Below, piece after piece: positions 43,392-60,407 of a DNA stretch of 64,000 nt. The stretch comes from Eledone cirrhosa (lineage: Eukaryota). Numbering within the stretch: the stretch's first letter is position 1; every line of letters begins with the position of its first letter. Under the pieces are notes generated by a model that worked only from the letters and a program-made list of their open reading frames with translations, was not told the DNA's origin and did no database searches. Location of the stretch: assembly GCA_964016885.1 (NCBI GenBank), contig OZ024749.1, positions 47,492,001-47,556,000 of the forward strand, written 5' to 3'. Position numbers and translations under genes: made by a program.

Positions 43392-43901
43392 AATTTACCA
43401 CATTATGAGAAGTGGTTGAGCATAAGCCAGAGTCGGTGATAGAAAACGATCAAGTGAAGGTGCTGTGGGATTTTAGGATACAGACGCACAAGAAACTGGA
43501 ACACAATAGACCTGACCTGGTGGTTTTGGACAAGGAAAAAAGATCGTGTCTGATTGTGGATGTAGCCTGCCCATTCGACACGAGAGTGCAAGAGAAGGCG
43601 AGAGAGAAAATTAACCGATACCAGGACTTAAAGTGGAAGGTAAAAAGGATTTGGAACTCCCATGAAGTCAAAGTGGTCCCGATTGTCATAGGCGCACTAG
43701 GTACTATCTCAAACAGTTTCGAGGGATGGTTAAAGAAAATTGGCCCCACCACGCTTTCTGGAACGCTTCAAAAGGCCTGTTTGCTGGGAACAGCAAGTAC
43801 CCTCCGATACGTCCTGAATATATGAGGCTGCAGGTAGTGGCTTGATATTCATTTCAACAAACTTTCCAGTTAACTAACACAAATGACTGAGACTCAAAGA
43901 A
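43392..43901 (+). mobile_element. 5'-truncated R4/Dong-like family 1 copy with intact REL motifs
   Basis: ORF 43412-43825: LWDFRIQT..LEHNRPDLVV...IVDVACP.D....EKINRYQDL...VVPIVIGALG (PD-(D/E)xK-type REL); (TAA)n on both sides. Confidence 0.92.
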
Positions 43902-43906
43902 CAATG

Positions 43907-43979
<73 letters not shown>

Positions 43980-43980
43980 T

Positions 43981-44426
43981 AAGGTTTTCTTTATTAACCA
44001 CAAGGGTTTACATAAAGTAGACATTAATGACAGTACAGGATAATACAGGACGGTACAAATGGGCATTTCTGCGTGTAAAAAACAAGAAACAGAGGATGTA
44101 ATAATAGAACAATGAAAACATTCCCCAATAGGGGGGAGACTTCCGAGGGACATTCGTGGAGAAAGCCCATTAAAAAGTCACAGTGACCCTGACAACCAGG
44201 ACAAGTGCCCTCTCCCAGTTTTTCCACCTTTAATTTACAGACACATACTCAGAGTAGGCCCATTCACTCGGGCCATTCTTGCCTCTCTCACCCATCTTTC
44301 AACAAAATGCTGAGAAGAGAGCACTTCCCTTTCTACCCTGATTCTCCTCTCAAGTGAAAACAATGGTTTCCAATGTAGGCACAAGGGCAATTTTTGGGGA
44401 AGAGAAATTCGCTTAAATCGATCCAA
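43981..44426 (-). mobile_element. 3' end of an L1/Tx1-like non-LTR element
   Basis: ORF end LERRIRVEREVLSSQHFVERW resembles L1/Tx1 ORF2 C-termini; 3'UTR with AATAAA just before a (TTA)n tail. Confidence 0.5.
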
Positions 44427-44440
44427 GTAATATCATTAAT

Positions 44441-44626
44441 ATTTGTTTCTTATTTTGGCACAACGCCAGCAATTATCCAGTACATTACTGGTACTTTATT
44501 CTATCGCACCCGTAGTGATGAAAGTCAAAGTTAACCTTGGCCGGATTTGAACTCAGATCGTAAAGGGACGTAACTCCATGCTGAGAAGCATCTCCGACCA
44601 TCTACCGTACTGCCAATTCACTGCCC
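44441..44626 (-). mobile_element. tRNA-like SINE
   Basis: Reverse-complement match to the 12487 and 58895 copies. Confidence 0.88.
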
Positions 44627-45569
44627 TGATAATAATAGTAATACCATGATTAATATTATTATCATTTTGTTGTAAATATATGTTAGAGTTAAGCTGCACA
44701 TTTATAAAGCAAATGGTATCCTTGTAAATGTATAAAGAGAGTGTCGTGAACTATCTGGTGTGGTTATTTTTGTAGCATAACTATATATGCAGTGACTGAA
44801 TTAGCGATAAAATTCGAGTAGACACTCGGCCGGATATAAAAATAATTATGTACCAAGATGAAAAGAGGAATAATGATAATACCCATAACACCAATCTTGG
44901 CAGTGATGGTCATAGTTCCGTTTCAAATGATGATGAGGACATCAATAATAACATGAAAATAACAGTAATAATGATGTTACGACTGCCAACAAAAACTATC
45001 AGCGGAGTGAATATGTCAAGTGTATGTATTAAAGGAATATCCAGAAAACACTCAACGGTTTAGAAATCTAATGTAAATAGCTATAATTGCTTTTTCTCTT
45101 GGAATGATAACCGTATAATCAATAGAATATATCTGCATTGTTATTTGTAAAAATGTATAGCATAAAAATGACCTCGTTCTATACGCAATGCATTTAAATT
45201 GATAGATCATGAAAACGGAACACTTCATCAAACGATTACTTTTCATTTTGCAATATAATTGTAATTATTTTTCATTTAAGCTTGTAGATCAAATATATAA
45301 CATTGTTTTGTGTTTATTTCCTTTTTTTTATATTCCTTTATATGCGATGACACAACATATAATATTATTGTTGTATTAAATTTGACATACACATATTACT
45401 TATATACAGTGGGACATTGGTATTGTCGATATGTTCTATGATAAATACACACACACACATATATATATAGATAGAGAGAGAGAGAGATATTAAGAACTAT
45501 GCACGCACACAGTTCTTCTCTCTCTTTCTCTCTCTTTTTTCTCTCTCAGCCTCTCGCTCACCCTCACTT

Positions 45570-45701
<132 letters not shown>

Positions 45702-45975
45702 AATGGAAAAGAATTAAACAAAATTTCATTTCTCACTCTTAGTACGGCTGATACCTGAATATAAGTATGTATGCGTACATACATATATGTATAAGGACGT
45801 ACAGTAGTATATATATATATACATAGATGCACACATATATATATATATGTACGTATGGGTCTACCTAACATTTATTATAATATTCAGTTTGTTTGTAAAC
45901 ATACAGCCTGAATTACGCTGTACAGAGGCCGCCAACCATCGTAGCCCATATGTGTATGTACGTATACATACTTAT

Positions 45976-46035
<60 letters not shown>

Positions 46036-46038
<3 letters not shown>

Positions 46039-46125
46039 GTAATAATAATAATAAATGTGAAAACTAAAATCCAAAGAGGGCCGTATTGTTTTCTTAAACT
46101 TTAATCTGTTACTTTAATAGATAAG
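46036..46125 (+). mobile_element. Family E internally deleted copy
   Basis: Matches both ends of the 10664 and 27378 copies. Confidence 0.7.
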
Positions 46126-46128
46126 TAA

Positions 46129-46184
<56 letters not shown>

Positions 46185-46187
<3 letters not shown>

Positions 46188-46320
46188 ATTAAATAAATGG
46201 AAACTATATTTATAAAACCATATTTATTTCGTTATACATAATTCAGGGATATCATAATAACAATATGTTATGCCTTCTTCAGACAAAATACAATATAAAC
46301 AGTCTTATAAATAAATAGAT
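46185..46320 (-). mobile_element. Single arm of family A (HHR with GAAA changed to GAAT)
   Basis: Matches 128-262; sits in (TA)n. Confidence 0.85.
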
Positions 46321-46705
46321 ATATATATGAGAGGGGGAGAGTGACATACCCGACAAATGAGCTTCTTATGTTTCAATCAACACTCTAATAACCCATGAAT
46401 CAATTTCTGTGTTGAATAATAATCTGACTAGTTCCCAAAATGGTAAAGTCCTGATATATATATATATATACCCTTTTTTTCTCTCTTTCTCTCTCCTTTT
46501 CCACCTGGCCTTTTGATTAATAAAAGTCCTCGGGCGCACCCGAACTACGCCGATGCCCTGTAATTTACGCCGAAACATCGGTTCGAGAAACATTTACAGC
46601 TGATGATGGAAACTCTTTCCTTCCTTTCTCCTCCTTTTCCGTCCTAACCACCATCCTAAACCTTGTCCCAGTAACCACACAGCTCCTTTCGTTTCATAAC
46701 TGTTC

Positions 46706-46741
<36 letters not shown>

Positions 46742-46771
46742 AGTTGTGTGTGTGTGTTTGTATGTGTGTGC

Positions 46772-46829
<58 letters not shown>

Positions 46830-47647
46830 GTATAATCACATCATGCGGTATAACACTATGTGAAATCTAAATGAAATCTTGTAGTTTCGTATGAGTTCAT
46901 AAATGCAATCCCATTCCAGTAGATCATACCGGATATTCAATGTATCAGCCTTGAATTAGAGATCCATCTTTTTAAAAATAATATGTAAGGTATACGGTAA
47001 TTTCATGAGAATAATATCAGTTGAATGAATTAAATAATTCGGAATGTTATGACCAATGTATTAATAAGTCACGCCTTCTTATAGTTTATTGTATATGTCA
47101 GTGCTTATGAAGATCACCTCTGCACTACGACCCACCAGGGAAATCTGAATACCAGGAAGAGTGTTAGTGTGTATAGTAAACTATATCCCTAAATAAATCG
47201 GTAAGACCTCTGAAAATCTGACAGTTTGACAGTACCAATGTTTGGAGCGTCAGATTGAATACATTCGATATATACACCGATATTTCAATTCGGCTACCTA
47301 CTCGGGTGAAATTATCCCAGTATATTTTGACATATGTAGTTGACCGAATATGTATTGATGATGGATAGCTTCATGACGCCCTTTTTTTTAAATGTTCGGA
47401 GAATATATGTCTTGCTCACACTCTCTGAAAAGTATAACATAAAAAAAACTACAGAATGTTTGTTTTATTTGTTGTTTTTTGGGGGGAGGAGGGGGTTGGC
47501 GGATAATAACGTACTATCCGGATTCCAGGTGTATATTCGTTTTCCAAACTCTTATTCTATAAATTCTATTGTTTTAGCAGTAATTATATTTTCCTGTTTG
47601 ATCATTCTCATATTCTGCAAGCATCCAATGCATTATAATATATACTA

Positions 47648-47836
47648 GGGCGGTGGATTGGCAGCATCGGTAGAGGGTCGGACGCCATGTTTTCCAGCAT
47701 AGTTACGGTCCATGCCATTCTGAGTTCAAATCCCGCTGAGGTTAACTTTGCTTTTAATCTTTACGGGGTCGATAAAATAAAGTACCAGTAATTCACTGAG
47801 TAATTACTGGCCTTGTGCCAAAAGAAGAAATAATTA
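47648..47836 (+). mobile_element. tRNA-like SINE, full length
   Basis: Same start, B-box and core as 12487. Confidence 0.9.
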
Positions 47837-50800
47837 TATATAGCAGCACGTGATCTTGAATCTCATTAGCTCAAAATGTTGTGTCATTCTGACTCATCGA
47901 AGACGTTCATTCTGGAATTATGTACTCTAATTAATAACATGCATTCATATAACGAACATTACTCGTCCTCATTTATTCTAAGTAATTTATCGTTGTAATT
48001 GCCTTAATTTACATTTATTAAACTTTATTATCTTTCATTTTCAACATGACATCCACTTCACAAATACTATGGTGTGATACAATATTCGGGAAATTGATGT
48101 AGTTTAAGAAATCTAATCCGTAATTTGAGCGAAATGATAGCCAACTAATTATAGTAATAGTAGAAATAAACCGTATAATAATACCTCTAATATTTATAAT
48201 GAAGTCAGATGGCAATTCATTCGCCAGAGGCGTGTTCCTTTAGTATATTGTATAATAAATCCTTTACGGTATTGCTGCTATGGTTTCTCTAATATTATAA
48301 AAGTATATACCAAATATAAATATCAAATAAAATACCAATATAATTTAAATTTTAGATTATAAAATCGTGCATGAATTCAGTGAAATGCGAAAACATTTGA
48401 TTGGGAGATAAGCAGAGAAAATAGGTGCTATTGTTGTAGACTATCTGAAAATAATGCTACAATATTTCTCTCTACAAAATATTTCATCAATGCTGCTCCA
48501 GTCACTTCATCCATTTCTCTCCCTCTCTCGCTCTCCCCATATCGAAACCACCATAATCCATGTATTGCTTCTCCAAACATATAGTATGTTGCAATTTCCT
48601 CTTATACGCACATATCTCCCATTATTGATATTCCTTAACAGTAACTTTCGCGAAATACTAATATAAGTAATTTGTTTTCATTCTAAATTGTGATATATTT
48701 TCTATGAAAAAGAAATATGTTCAGGTAAATCAACATAACCAAATATATAATTATTTTAAAAGCCAATTCCACAGATGGAGATATTAAATATGAAATTAAA
48801 TCAAGTTTCATAACTTATTTCATTGAACAGTAATCATAGGTATCGAATACGATTATGCAACATTTTCCCCCATATTGCAGAATATATCGACATTTTTATT
48901 ATAATAGAAATGTAGATTGTGTAGCTGAAGAGCTTGCGTCATTGCCTGCTTAATTCTTTAACAAACAAGTGAAAAGTTTATCGTAATCGGTCACGGAATG
49001 AGTGCAAATAAAATAAAGCAACAAATAGGTTTTTATCATATATATTTACATTATCACATAAATGAAATACTTGAAAAATATTCCGAATTATTCTATTTCA
49101 CATAAAGCCAAATATAATTCCCGGTACTCATTTCGTCACAGGCAATTCTCATTAGGTTAAATAGAGAATAACATTTGTGAATTTTTATTTTCATATACGA
49201 AACACTCAATTACCTACTGAATATGAAATTGGATTTCATTCATTTGCATTGAGTATAGTTTTTTTAGCTTTCAATTAACGTGTTTTAGAATTTTGCACGA
49301 ACTTAGTTGCAGCTAAACGAAACAAAAATAGCGAAATGAAATAGTTAATTTACATGAACAATACATGTTGCTTGTGAATACTTACAGTAATGTGTTAGAT
49401 TTAAAACATGTTTCAACAACGTTGCTTTAAAGAAAGTAAATGCGGTTATATGGGAAACTAAAATAAAGTATATGCATAAACATAGCATTTGAAAACTTGG
49501 TTTACATTATAGTTACAAAGAAGTTTTATACGAGATGTAAATTATAAAAATATAAACAAATGCTAGGGTACCACAAACATTCATTTCCATATCCAATATG
49601 CTGAGATTAAAAACATATATATACAATTTGAATCGCATACATCAACTTCAATAATAACCAGATTCGATATATTGATATTGTATAAAAATTGGGTGCATGT
49701 GATTTACAATTAAGAATGTGAGGAAGATAGAGCATTTGAGTATGTATGTGTTTATTATATGTGTGTACACCTGTTTAAAACGTATAAAATATAGAGGTTT
49801 GTGAATGCTAATATTCCACACAGGAGAAACACATTTTTCCAGCCTGCTGTTCTAATCGGCCGGCGATACGAAGGCTTACATATCATCTAAAAAATCTACA
49901 AGGAGAACGCTAACAATAAACAAATTCGTGTGTCTTCTAATAATTAATATATTATTTGAAATCATATTGTTAGTTACCTAACATATATATTACAGGGTGC
50001 ACTAAACCGTCGAAGTAAAATATAGATACAATATTTTGATAGATATAATTATATGTTCATATAACAAAAAAGTCGGCGTATTATCTAAACGCATATTAAA
50101 TGAATTAAATGAATTGGAAATTTAAGAAATCACATCTGCATTTCAATCATCATGTCTATTTAAAAAGCATTTAACATATACATATCTGAACATCGTATCA
50201 ATTGAATTATGATCAACAAATGATCTATCTGATTCAAAAGATGAACTTGTATATTGTTTTGGATGTATTGTCGTCGCATATTCAAATACTTTTTTGATAA
50301 TCAGTATATTTTTATGGACACTATTTCGCAGTATCTAAAGCGATCGTATAAAAAATTGAAGAAATAATATGATTTTGAATTTGAATATTAACTCGAATGG
50401 ACAATGGAAACATGATCCATTTTTTTTTTCGTTATATGTTAATTTGAAAGTAAGCATAACAAAAAATTCACTGAATGCTACTGTAATTTCATCATATATG
50501 ACAATACAAACAAAGATACGACGGCTGTGTTGGGTCGAAATACAACGTCTATTATATTGCAAATTGAATTGAAGACTGACAAGTGAAAGCACTTATTATT
50601 TTTTTTTACTTAAGTAATCTTCCAAAAGAAATAAAGTTAATTTCAAGAACCACCAAAAGCCAACCCACTTTTAAACATTGTTTTCTTTCGAAATGGCTAT
50701 TTCGTCTAAGTGTTTTCTTTTGTGATTCTATATTGGAACAAAGAGAGATAAGTGTATAGATTAGTAAAGTTAAATCTCTGGATAATTTAAATGAAAAACT

Positions 50801-50881
50801 TGAATAATATATCGGATGTGCTTTTGAGTTTTCAAACACCTATATACTAAACTACATTAATCTACATATATATATATATAT

Positions 50882-50937
<56 letters not shown>

Positions 50938-50951
50938 GTAGATAGATAGAT
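50882..50951. repeat. (GATA)n microsatellite
   Basis: Direct reading. Confidence 0.9.
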
Positions 50952-51008
50952 GTTCATACACACACAAATATGTGTGTGTATGAACATCTGAACTACATTA
51001 ATATACAA

Positions 51009-51842
<834 letters not shown>

Positions 51843-51846
51843 ATAT

Positions 51847-52015
<169 letters not shown>

Positions 52016-52063
52016 TATATATATGTATATATATATATGTATATATATATATGCATATATATG

Positions 52064-52105
<42 letters not shown>

Positions 52106-52143
52106 AATATATATATACATATATGCATATATATATATATATG

Positions 52144-52270
<127 letters not shown>

Positions 52271-53079
52271 TTATATATATATATTATATATGTATAGAAG
52301 TTTCCGTTGAAAGTTTAAAAAAGTCATAGGAGTGAAGAGTGCTCTATCTAAGTAACAGAGCAAAATTTTATGTATAATTACCTCATTGCCAGAGGTTTCC
52401 CGAATAAGACGAATACGAAAAAAACGTCCTCATTCGTTTGTCGGACAAGGTAATATAAAACATAGTGAAATATTTGGAAAGTCTCACTCATCAAGAAATG
52501 GTAAAAATATATGAATAAAAGTAATGCAAGAGATATATTAAAACATATAGAAAAATATACAAAAAATATAAGGAAATATAGTTAGGTATGTATATATGTA
52601 AGTATATACACTCACAAATGTACATATGTGTGTATGTACAAATGCATGTGTATGGTGAACATGTGTGCGTAAGTACATATATGAGGGCAAGTATATTTGT
52701 GTATATGTGACCACAAATACGGATATAATATGAGTTGAAAGAGGAGATGATGATATAGTTGACACGCATCTAGATACAGGTATTAAATACACATTCGAGC
52801 ATGAAAGCACGCGTATAAACAACCACAGACGCGCGGTCACTTAGTGAAAAGAAGTGTCATTCTCGATATATGTATAAAAATGAAGCAATATATGAGAATG
52901 AACAAAAATGTTAAATGAAAGAGAAAGTAATCAATTAACACTAGAGAAAAGAAAACAAACATAGGGACGCACGTACATACACATATATTTATAAATAACA
53001 TATACCCTTAAAAATATTTATACACACAAATACGTACAGACAAAGGCGCATGTATGCGTACATACATACACACGAGGCA

Positions 53080-53110
<31 letters not shown>

Positions 53111-53948
53111 CCCATGTATATCTAATTACACGTCCGTACGCGACTATGATATACACACACACACATACACACCCATACATACGCATACACACATACACAC
53201 ACATTCACGTACATTCACCCGCTTACGCACGTAAAAATAAGAATGTAAAAAAACATAGATGTAAAAACATAGATATAAAAAAACACATACACACGCATAT
53301 ATATACACGTACGCACGCATACATACACAAGCGATTGTATACATATACAGAACGTATACACACATAAAAACACTCAGACATATAGATACAGAGTATAAAG
53401 CAGCCTTATGAATAAATGAGTACTAATATAAAAACTGCTGCGAAACAACAGAATATATCTGAGTGGAAAACGCAAGTGAATGTTAAATCAGGTAGTGAAA
53501 GAAAATGGGGGAGTAACATGTGGAATGCGAAGTTATTAGATAAGTGAATCGAAGAGTAGGGGGGGGGGGTACTTGTGGATGTGAAGTAAACAAATAAAAT
53601 TAAAAATAAAGTTAAAAATGAAGGTATAATCTGAAAAAGAAGTCTGTAAAAAGAATAATTTAAGGAAAGTGAGGGATAAGAGATAATGGAGGATAAGTAT
53701 CTGAAAGTGAATTAAGTTTATATGAGCTGGAAAGCAAGTGTGATTTCATGTGTGGGTAATTAGTTGGAGTGAAATTTTAGTAAGTAAGTTAATTTTTATA
53801 ATTTTCTTATTTTACGTCTTTCATATAATTGTTCTGCATCCCCGTGCTTTGAACCACAAAGTTACTAAGACAAAACTTATACATTTCATAGCATAGGTAT
53901 GCATCTGTATATATATGTTGGTAGACATACTAATTATTTATATATATG

Positions 53949-54009
<61 letters not shown>

Positions 54010-54232
54010 TTTTATAAATGTTTATATATATTTACTTTTTATATATTTTCATATATGTGTATATGTTTTATATATATATATATATATGTGTGTGTGTATG
54101 TGTATATATGTGTGTATGTATGCGCTAGTGTGTGTGTATATATATACATATGTATGTGTATATAAGTGCTTGTATATGTGTGTGTGTGTATGTAGGTGTG
54201 TGTACATATATCTATATCTATATATATCTATC

Positions 54233-54270
<38 letters not shown>

Positions 54271-54314
54271 TGCATGTGCCTGTGTATGTATGTATCGATA
54301 TGTATATATATATG

Positions 54315-54352
<38 letters not shown>

Positions 54353-54749
54353 TATGTGTATATACATGTCTATATATATGTATGCGTGTGTATATATGTA
54401 TATATGTATGTGTATATATATATATATATAGACGTGTGTGTATGTGTATATGTATGTGTTTATATATTTAGGTATGTATATGCGTGTGTTTGAGCGTGTG
54501 TGTATGTGTGTGCGTGTGTGCATGTCTGTTTAACTACTTTTATATTTATTCTTTTTCTTCTTCTTTTATTTCTCTCTTCTTCCTTTTCTAGCCTCACTTT
54601 CATATAGATTGTATTTTTGTTTTTAAAATCCGGTCGATATATACACCAGGATTTTTTCATTCTGATAAATGAAAGCAAATTTCGTTTGCTTTCAAACAAC
54701 AACTAGTAAATGATCTTATAATTATAATTATCTTATGTTGTTTATTACA

Positions 54750-54854
<105 letters not shown>

Positions 54855-55258
54855 ATATATATATATATAACACGCCATAAGCTATAATTTACAGATAGGA
54901 CATCTCACAATGTTAAGCAACTCTCATCACTATCAATCCATCCAGGGGTCCGCGTGGTAATGAGGCTTCTAGAGTCCTAGAACCCTCCTTTTTGTAGTTA
55001 AGATAGATTATAGTATAGTCACGTCGATTACTTAATTTAAGTTGTATATTTATTGAAATATGACTTGCATATTGTTGCATTATGTTTTGATCCATGTATT
55101 CTCGTCGAGCACAATGCCATTGCTGTTGTGGCTTATCTCCGCATCAGCAATAACTATCAAATTGGTGGTGTACTATATTTATGATGAAATATATAGTCAC
55201 ATGAATTAAAATGTTTTAGAGTTAGAGACACAAATAATACTTAACACACATACATATG

Positions 55259-55887
<629 letters not shown>

Positions 55888-56066
55888 GTGTGTGTGGGGG
55901 GGGATATGTGTATACTTAGTTAACATTCTGGCATGTGCAGGTACTGATGTTTTTTGGTGGGTTATACATTCACACTGTCATATAAATACAATTGGATACC
56001 ACAATGGATATTGCAGAAATGATAGAAAAGATGTGTCAGGTAACGTTCTATATGTCTATCCCTCTC

Positions 56067-56106
<40 letters not shown>

Positions 56107-56110
<4 letters not shown>

Positions 56111-56175
56111 TTTCAGAAGATCCCGTTAAGGGTGAAAGCAGCGATTCTTTGCTTAAACTTTAATCTGTTATTTTA

Positions 56176-56180
<5 letters not shown>
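56107..56180 (+). mobile_element. Family E 3' fragment
   Basis: Matches the reverse complement of 27387-27450 and 10704-10752. Confidence 0.7.
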
Positions 56181-56227
<47 letters not shown>

Positions 56228-58019
56228 GAGAGAGAGAGGCGAGATTGACATATACACAATCAGACACACTCACATACATATTTATATATGTATTTGTTTG
56301 TGCCCGGGTTGTACCTTTGTGCTTGAGTATTAAATATTTAAGCACAATATATAATGGAGTATATAACATTGTGATAACAATATGCATAATAAGGTCATAT
56401 AATATGTACACTACAACGAACCATGGCACAAACGCTGCAAAATGTTTCATAAAATGTTAATATATAAAGCGGAATTCATTATAACATTTAAGAGACGGAA
56501 ATGTTTCATCTGAAAATTAACAAATATTGTATTTATTAAATGTAACTTTCTTTTCATGCCTCCTTTTTTATTTATGATTTAGCATGTTGTCTTCGTTTGT
56601 GGAAAACAAATATTTCTTGTTCCGATATTAAATTGAATAATAATTTTAAAATAAAAGTAGATGATAGGTCGGTAATTTGATGAAATGAAAAGGCTCTGAT
56701 ATATTTCATATAAAAGAGAACCTTTAAAGCAACGGTTATCAATTAATTAAATATTATAGTATACTTCAAAGTTATTAATACCATTTAACATCATCCTTTG
56801 TTGTCGACCGTCTTTTTAAGTGATGTTTCTCTCGGAAAATCAAATAAATTCAAATACAATCGATTTACCCGAAAAGTAAAGAAAGAACGTAAAGAGTATC
56901 AAGTAGAAAGACAAAAAGTATCAACAAAGGACGTGTTTGGCAGAAAAAAAAACACATGGTCAAAGGTTGGGATTGAAAAGAAATTTGATGGTAGTGTGGG
57001 TAAATAAATTGTTTTATTCACATCAAGAAAAAGCGTACCGTATTCAATGACCTTATGTTGTAAACCATGTTTAAAGACAAATGTATTGGACAATAAAAAG
57101 AAAATCCCATATATCGACATAAGTATAAATTATTCGAGACCACAATACCAAATCTATTTATCTACAAGTAGTATCGATACATATATACATGTTGGAATTT
57201 TGTATATATACATTTTCTCCTAGAGATTTACAGGTTAGTGTAACAGTTAATTGATACTCAGCTGAAAGAAAGAATACAACTTTTTACATTTATCCTCAGG
57301 TATAAATTCCCAACAGCTAGAATGTTCTTATTGTACTCAAAATAAATTATATCCTTATCGTTATTATCATCAAACTAATGTAACATTTAATATTTATATT
57401 AATCGTGTTAACAATACGGTCAGTTAAGTGATCCGGGTCTATCATAGTAGAGTGAATAAATATTCAACAAAAATCAACGAGTGATCGTTGATTGAGGGCA
57501 ATTTTTACAGTTGCCAGAACAATTCAGGACATATAATCTCAAACCGGTTGTAATCCAGGTAGCACTGATATGCCAGGCATTCCTGGAAATTGTCGTTAGT
57601 CTCCGAATCGAACTGTATGTGTTCGAAACAGGTTGTATCCTTTAGGTCGAAACCAAGATCATGCCCGAGAACGAAATCAAATATGCCCTCGGCTATCCTC
57701 GATTAAAATAATGTGATATTTAAAAAAAGCATAATAATTATGAGCCATTTACAACTTTCCAGTTGCCATGTCACATGACCTCGGTCACATAACCTTCCCC
57801 CAAACCCCAATACTTGTAATTTAACATTGAGAATGCAACCTTCGTGTATTTAACTGAAAAAAGGGTATAGTACAATTTTAATGGCCAGCATGTTGGAGAT
57901 AATGCCACATTCAATCGGCAACTTGACCTATACACAGACATATTGATATATATTCTTATATATAAATATGTAAATACACACACATTCATATATACATATA
58001 TATATATAAATATATATAT

Positions 58020-58186
<167 letters not shown>

Positions 58187-58277
58187 TATATATATGTGTG
58201 TGTGTGTCAGTGTTTTCTGTGTATATATACATACTTAAACATAATGTACACATATGATATTACGCGTATATTTATAC

Positions 58278-58327
<50 letters not shown>

Positions 58328-58358
58328 TATATACTTATATATATTGTACACGTATATC

Positions 58359-58416
<58 letters not shown>

Positions 58417-58463
58417 GAGAGAGAGAAAGAGAGAGAGAGACGGAGAGAGAGAGAAAGATAAAT

Positions 58464-58885
58464 ATACACGCGTGTGTATGTTTGTGTATAGAAGATTATA
58501 TTAATAAAAGGAATTCCAAATTTGTCTGATTTACTCGTTTTATTTACAATCCTTTAAAATGTATAATGGTATTAGAATGAAATAGTAAGGTAGAATATTA
58601 AATGTTAAGTCTTAATTGAAAAGTGCTTTCATGCTTTCGCAATCTTCAGGTTCATAATGTGTAGTGACAGTCAAGTTCGCAATTTCCAACTGTTAAACAT
58701 TGCAAACTTGACTGTCACCACAGAGTATGTACCTGAATATTGCAGAAGCATGAACGTACTTGTTCAATTAACACTTAACATTTAATATTCTACCTTACTG
58801 TTTCATTATATCATTATAATGATGTTAAAGGATTGTAGAAAAAACGAGTAAATCAGACAAAGTTGGAATTCATTTTATTAATATA
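58464..58885 (-). mobile_element. Family B fold-back element, copy 2 (tail on left; HHR with intact core boxes on - strand at 58617-58654)
   Basis: Homologous end to end with 8643-9068 in the opposite orientation. Confidence 0.88.
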
Positions 58886-58894
58886 TAGTATTAA

Positions 58895-59081
58895 GGGCGG
58901 TGGATTGGCAGTATCAGTGGAGGGTCGGATGCCATGCTTTCCAGCATAGTTACGTCCCTTTACGATCTGAGTTCAAATCCCGCCGAGGTTGACTTTGCCT
59001 TTCATCCTTACGGGGTCGATAAAATAAAGTACCAGTAATGCACTGAGTAATTGCTGGCCTTGTGCCTAAAGTAGAAACAAA
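58895..59081 (+). mobile_element. tRNA-like SINE with 16-bp target-site duplication
   Basis: TAATATATAGTATTAA at 58879-58894 and 59082-59097. Confidence 0.92.
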
Positions 59082-60119
59082 TAATATATAGTATTAAGGA
59101 TACTATTTATGGTTATGTATATACTAAAACCTTTTATAGTTATATATATTGCAAACCCTAAATAGTGAAAGACAGTAATGTATTACTACCTTATTACCAG
59201 TAAGATAAATAGCTCAATGTAACAACATCAGTAGTTCAACAGAGCAGTTATATAGAAAATACATGAATCAAAGTTCTATATATATATATATATATGAAAA
59301 TGAACCATTTTACTTTCTTCAACGAAACTACTGCAATCTACTCGTGTTGTTTTTTCATCAGTATATTTCTACTTTTCAAATATATAATACATCGATATAT
59401 CTTCTTTTTAATATTAGTAGATTTGGTCATATATCTATGCAAATACTGCATCACCAACAATCGATACATTTCCATTTAACAGTGGAATGAACAAGAGGTC
59501 ATTACTGACAATTATCTAAAGACGGGGTGTTATCGTATTTATACCTCTTCGAAACTGAATACTTAAATTAGTCATATTTATGAAACGTTTTTTTTATTGT
59601 ATGCATAACTTAACTTATATTCTTTTTGCTTGATATATTTTCTTAAACTGTCTCTACTTTAAATAAGCTGAATAATTACTTATCTCGAAAGTGATGATAA
59701 TATATATTTGCAAACATATTCAAACTTTCATTTATCAGTGTAAATGGATTATGTGGAGATATACTTTCTTCAATATTAAAGAGCAGACATAGTGATCAAC
59801 TTATCTTCACTTCGCTTACTACTATGATAATATATTTAATATTTTTATAGAATAACTACTTACTTGCCTAAAACTAAAAAGTTGGAATTAACTTTTATAT
59901 GAATTAATATCGTTCATTTTGCTAAATATTCAGGCAGGAGACAACTTTCATAGTCTGATCTTTCTAGGAGCGTCTTGCATGTACTCACGTTCCCTTCAAT
60001 GTCGATAGACATGGGCAGTGTTGTATCAAAATGTTTTAAAAATTCGTATGATTTTCCTCAGATATGCAATAGCACTTGATTTCGAAATCGATAGGGGAAT
60101 AGTACACACACATATACAC

Positions 60120-60240
<121 letters not shown>

Positions 60241-60364
60241 TAGATAACTGACTACCAATAGGGCGTAATGAAATGTAATTAATTTTATTTGAATGTATTA
60301 GTCCCTTAGATTAATATACACACACTCCCTATAAAATTCCCTCAAAAGTGTTTTACATGCTCGA

Positions 60365-60407
<43 letters not shown>

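Noticed and set aside
46530-46620. CCGAAACATCGGTT...CTGATGATGG as a permuted hammerhead
   Set aside because: Helix II cannot be closed convincingly. It may be a PLE remnant, but that is not supportable here.
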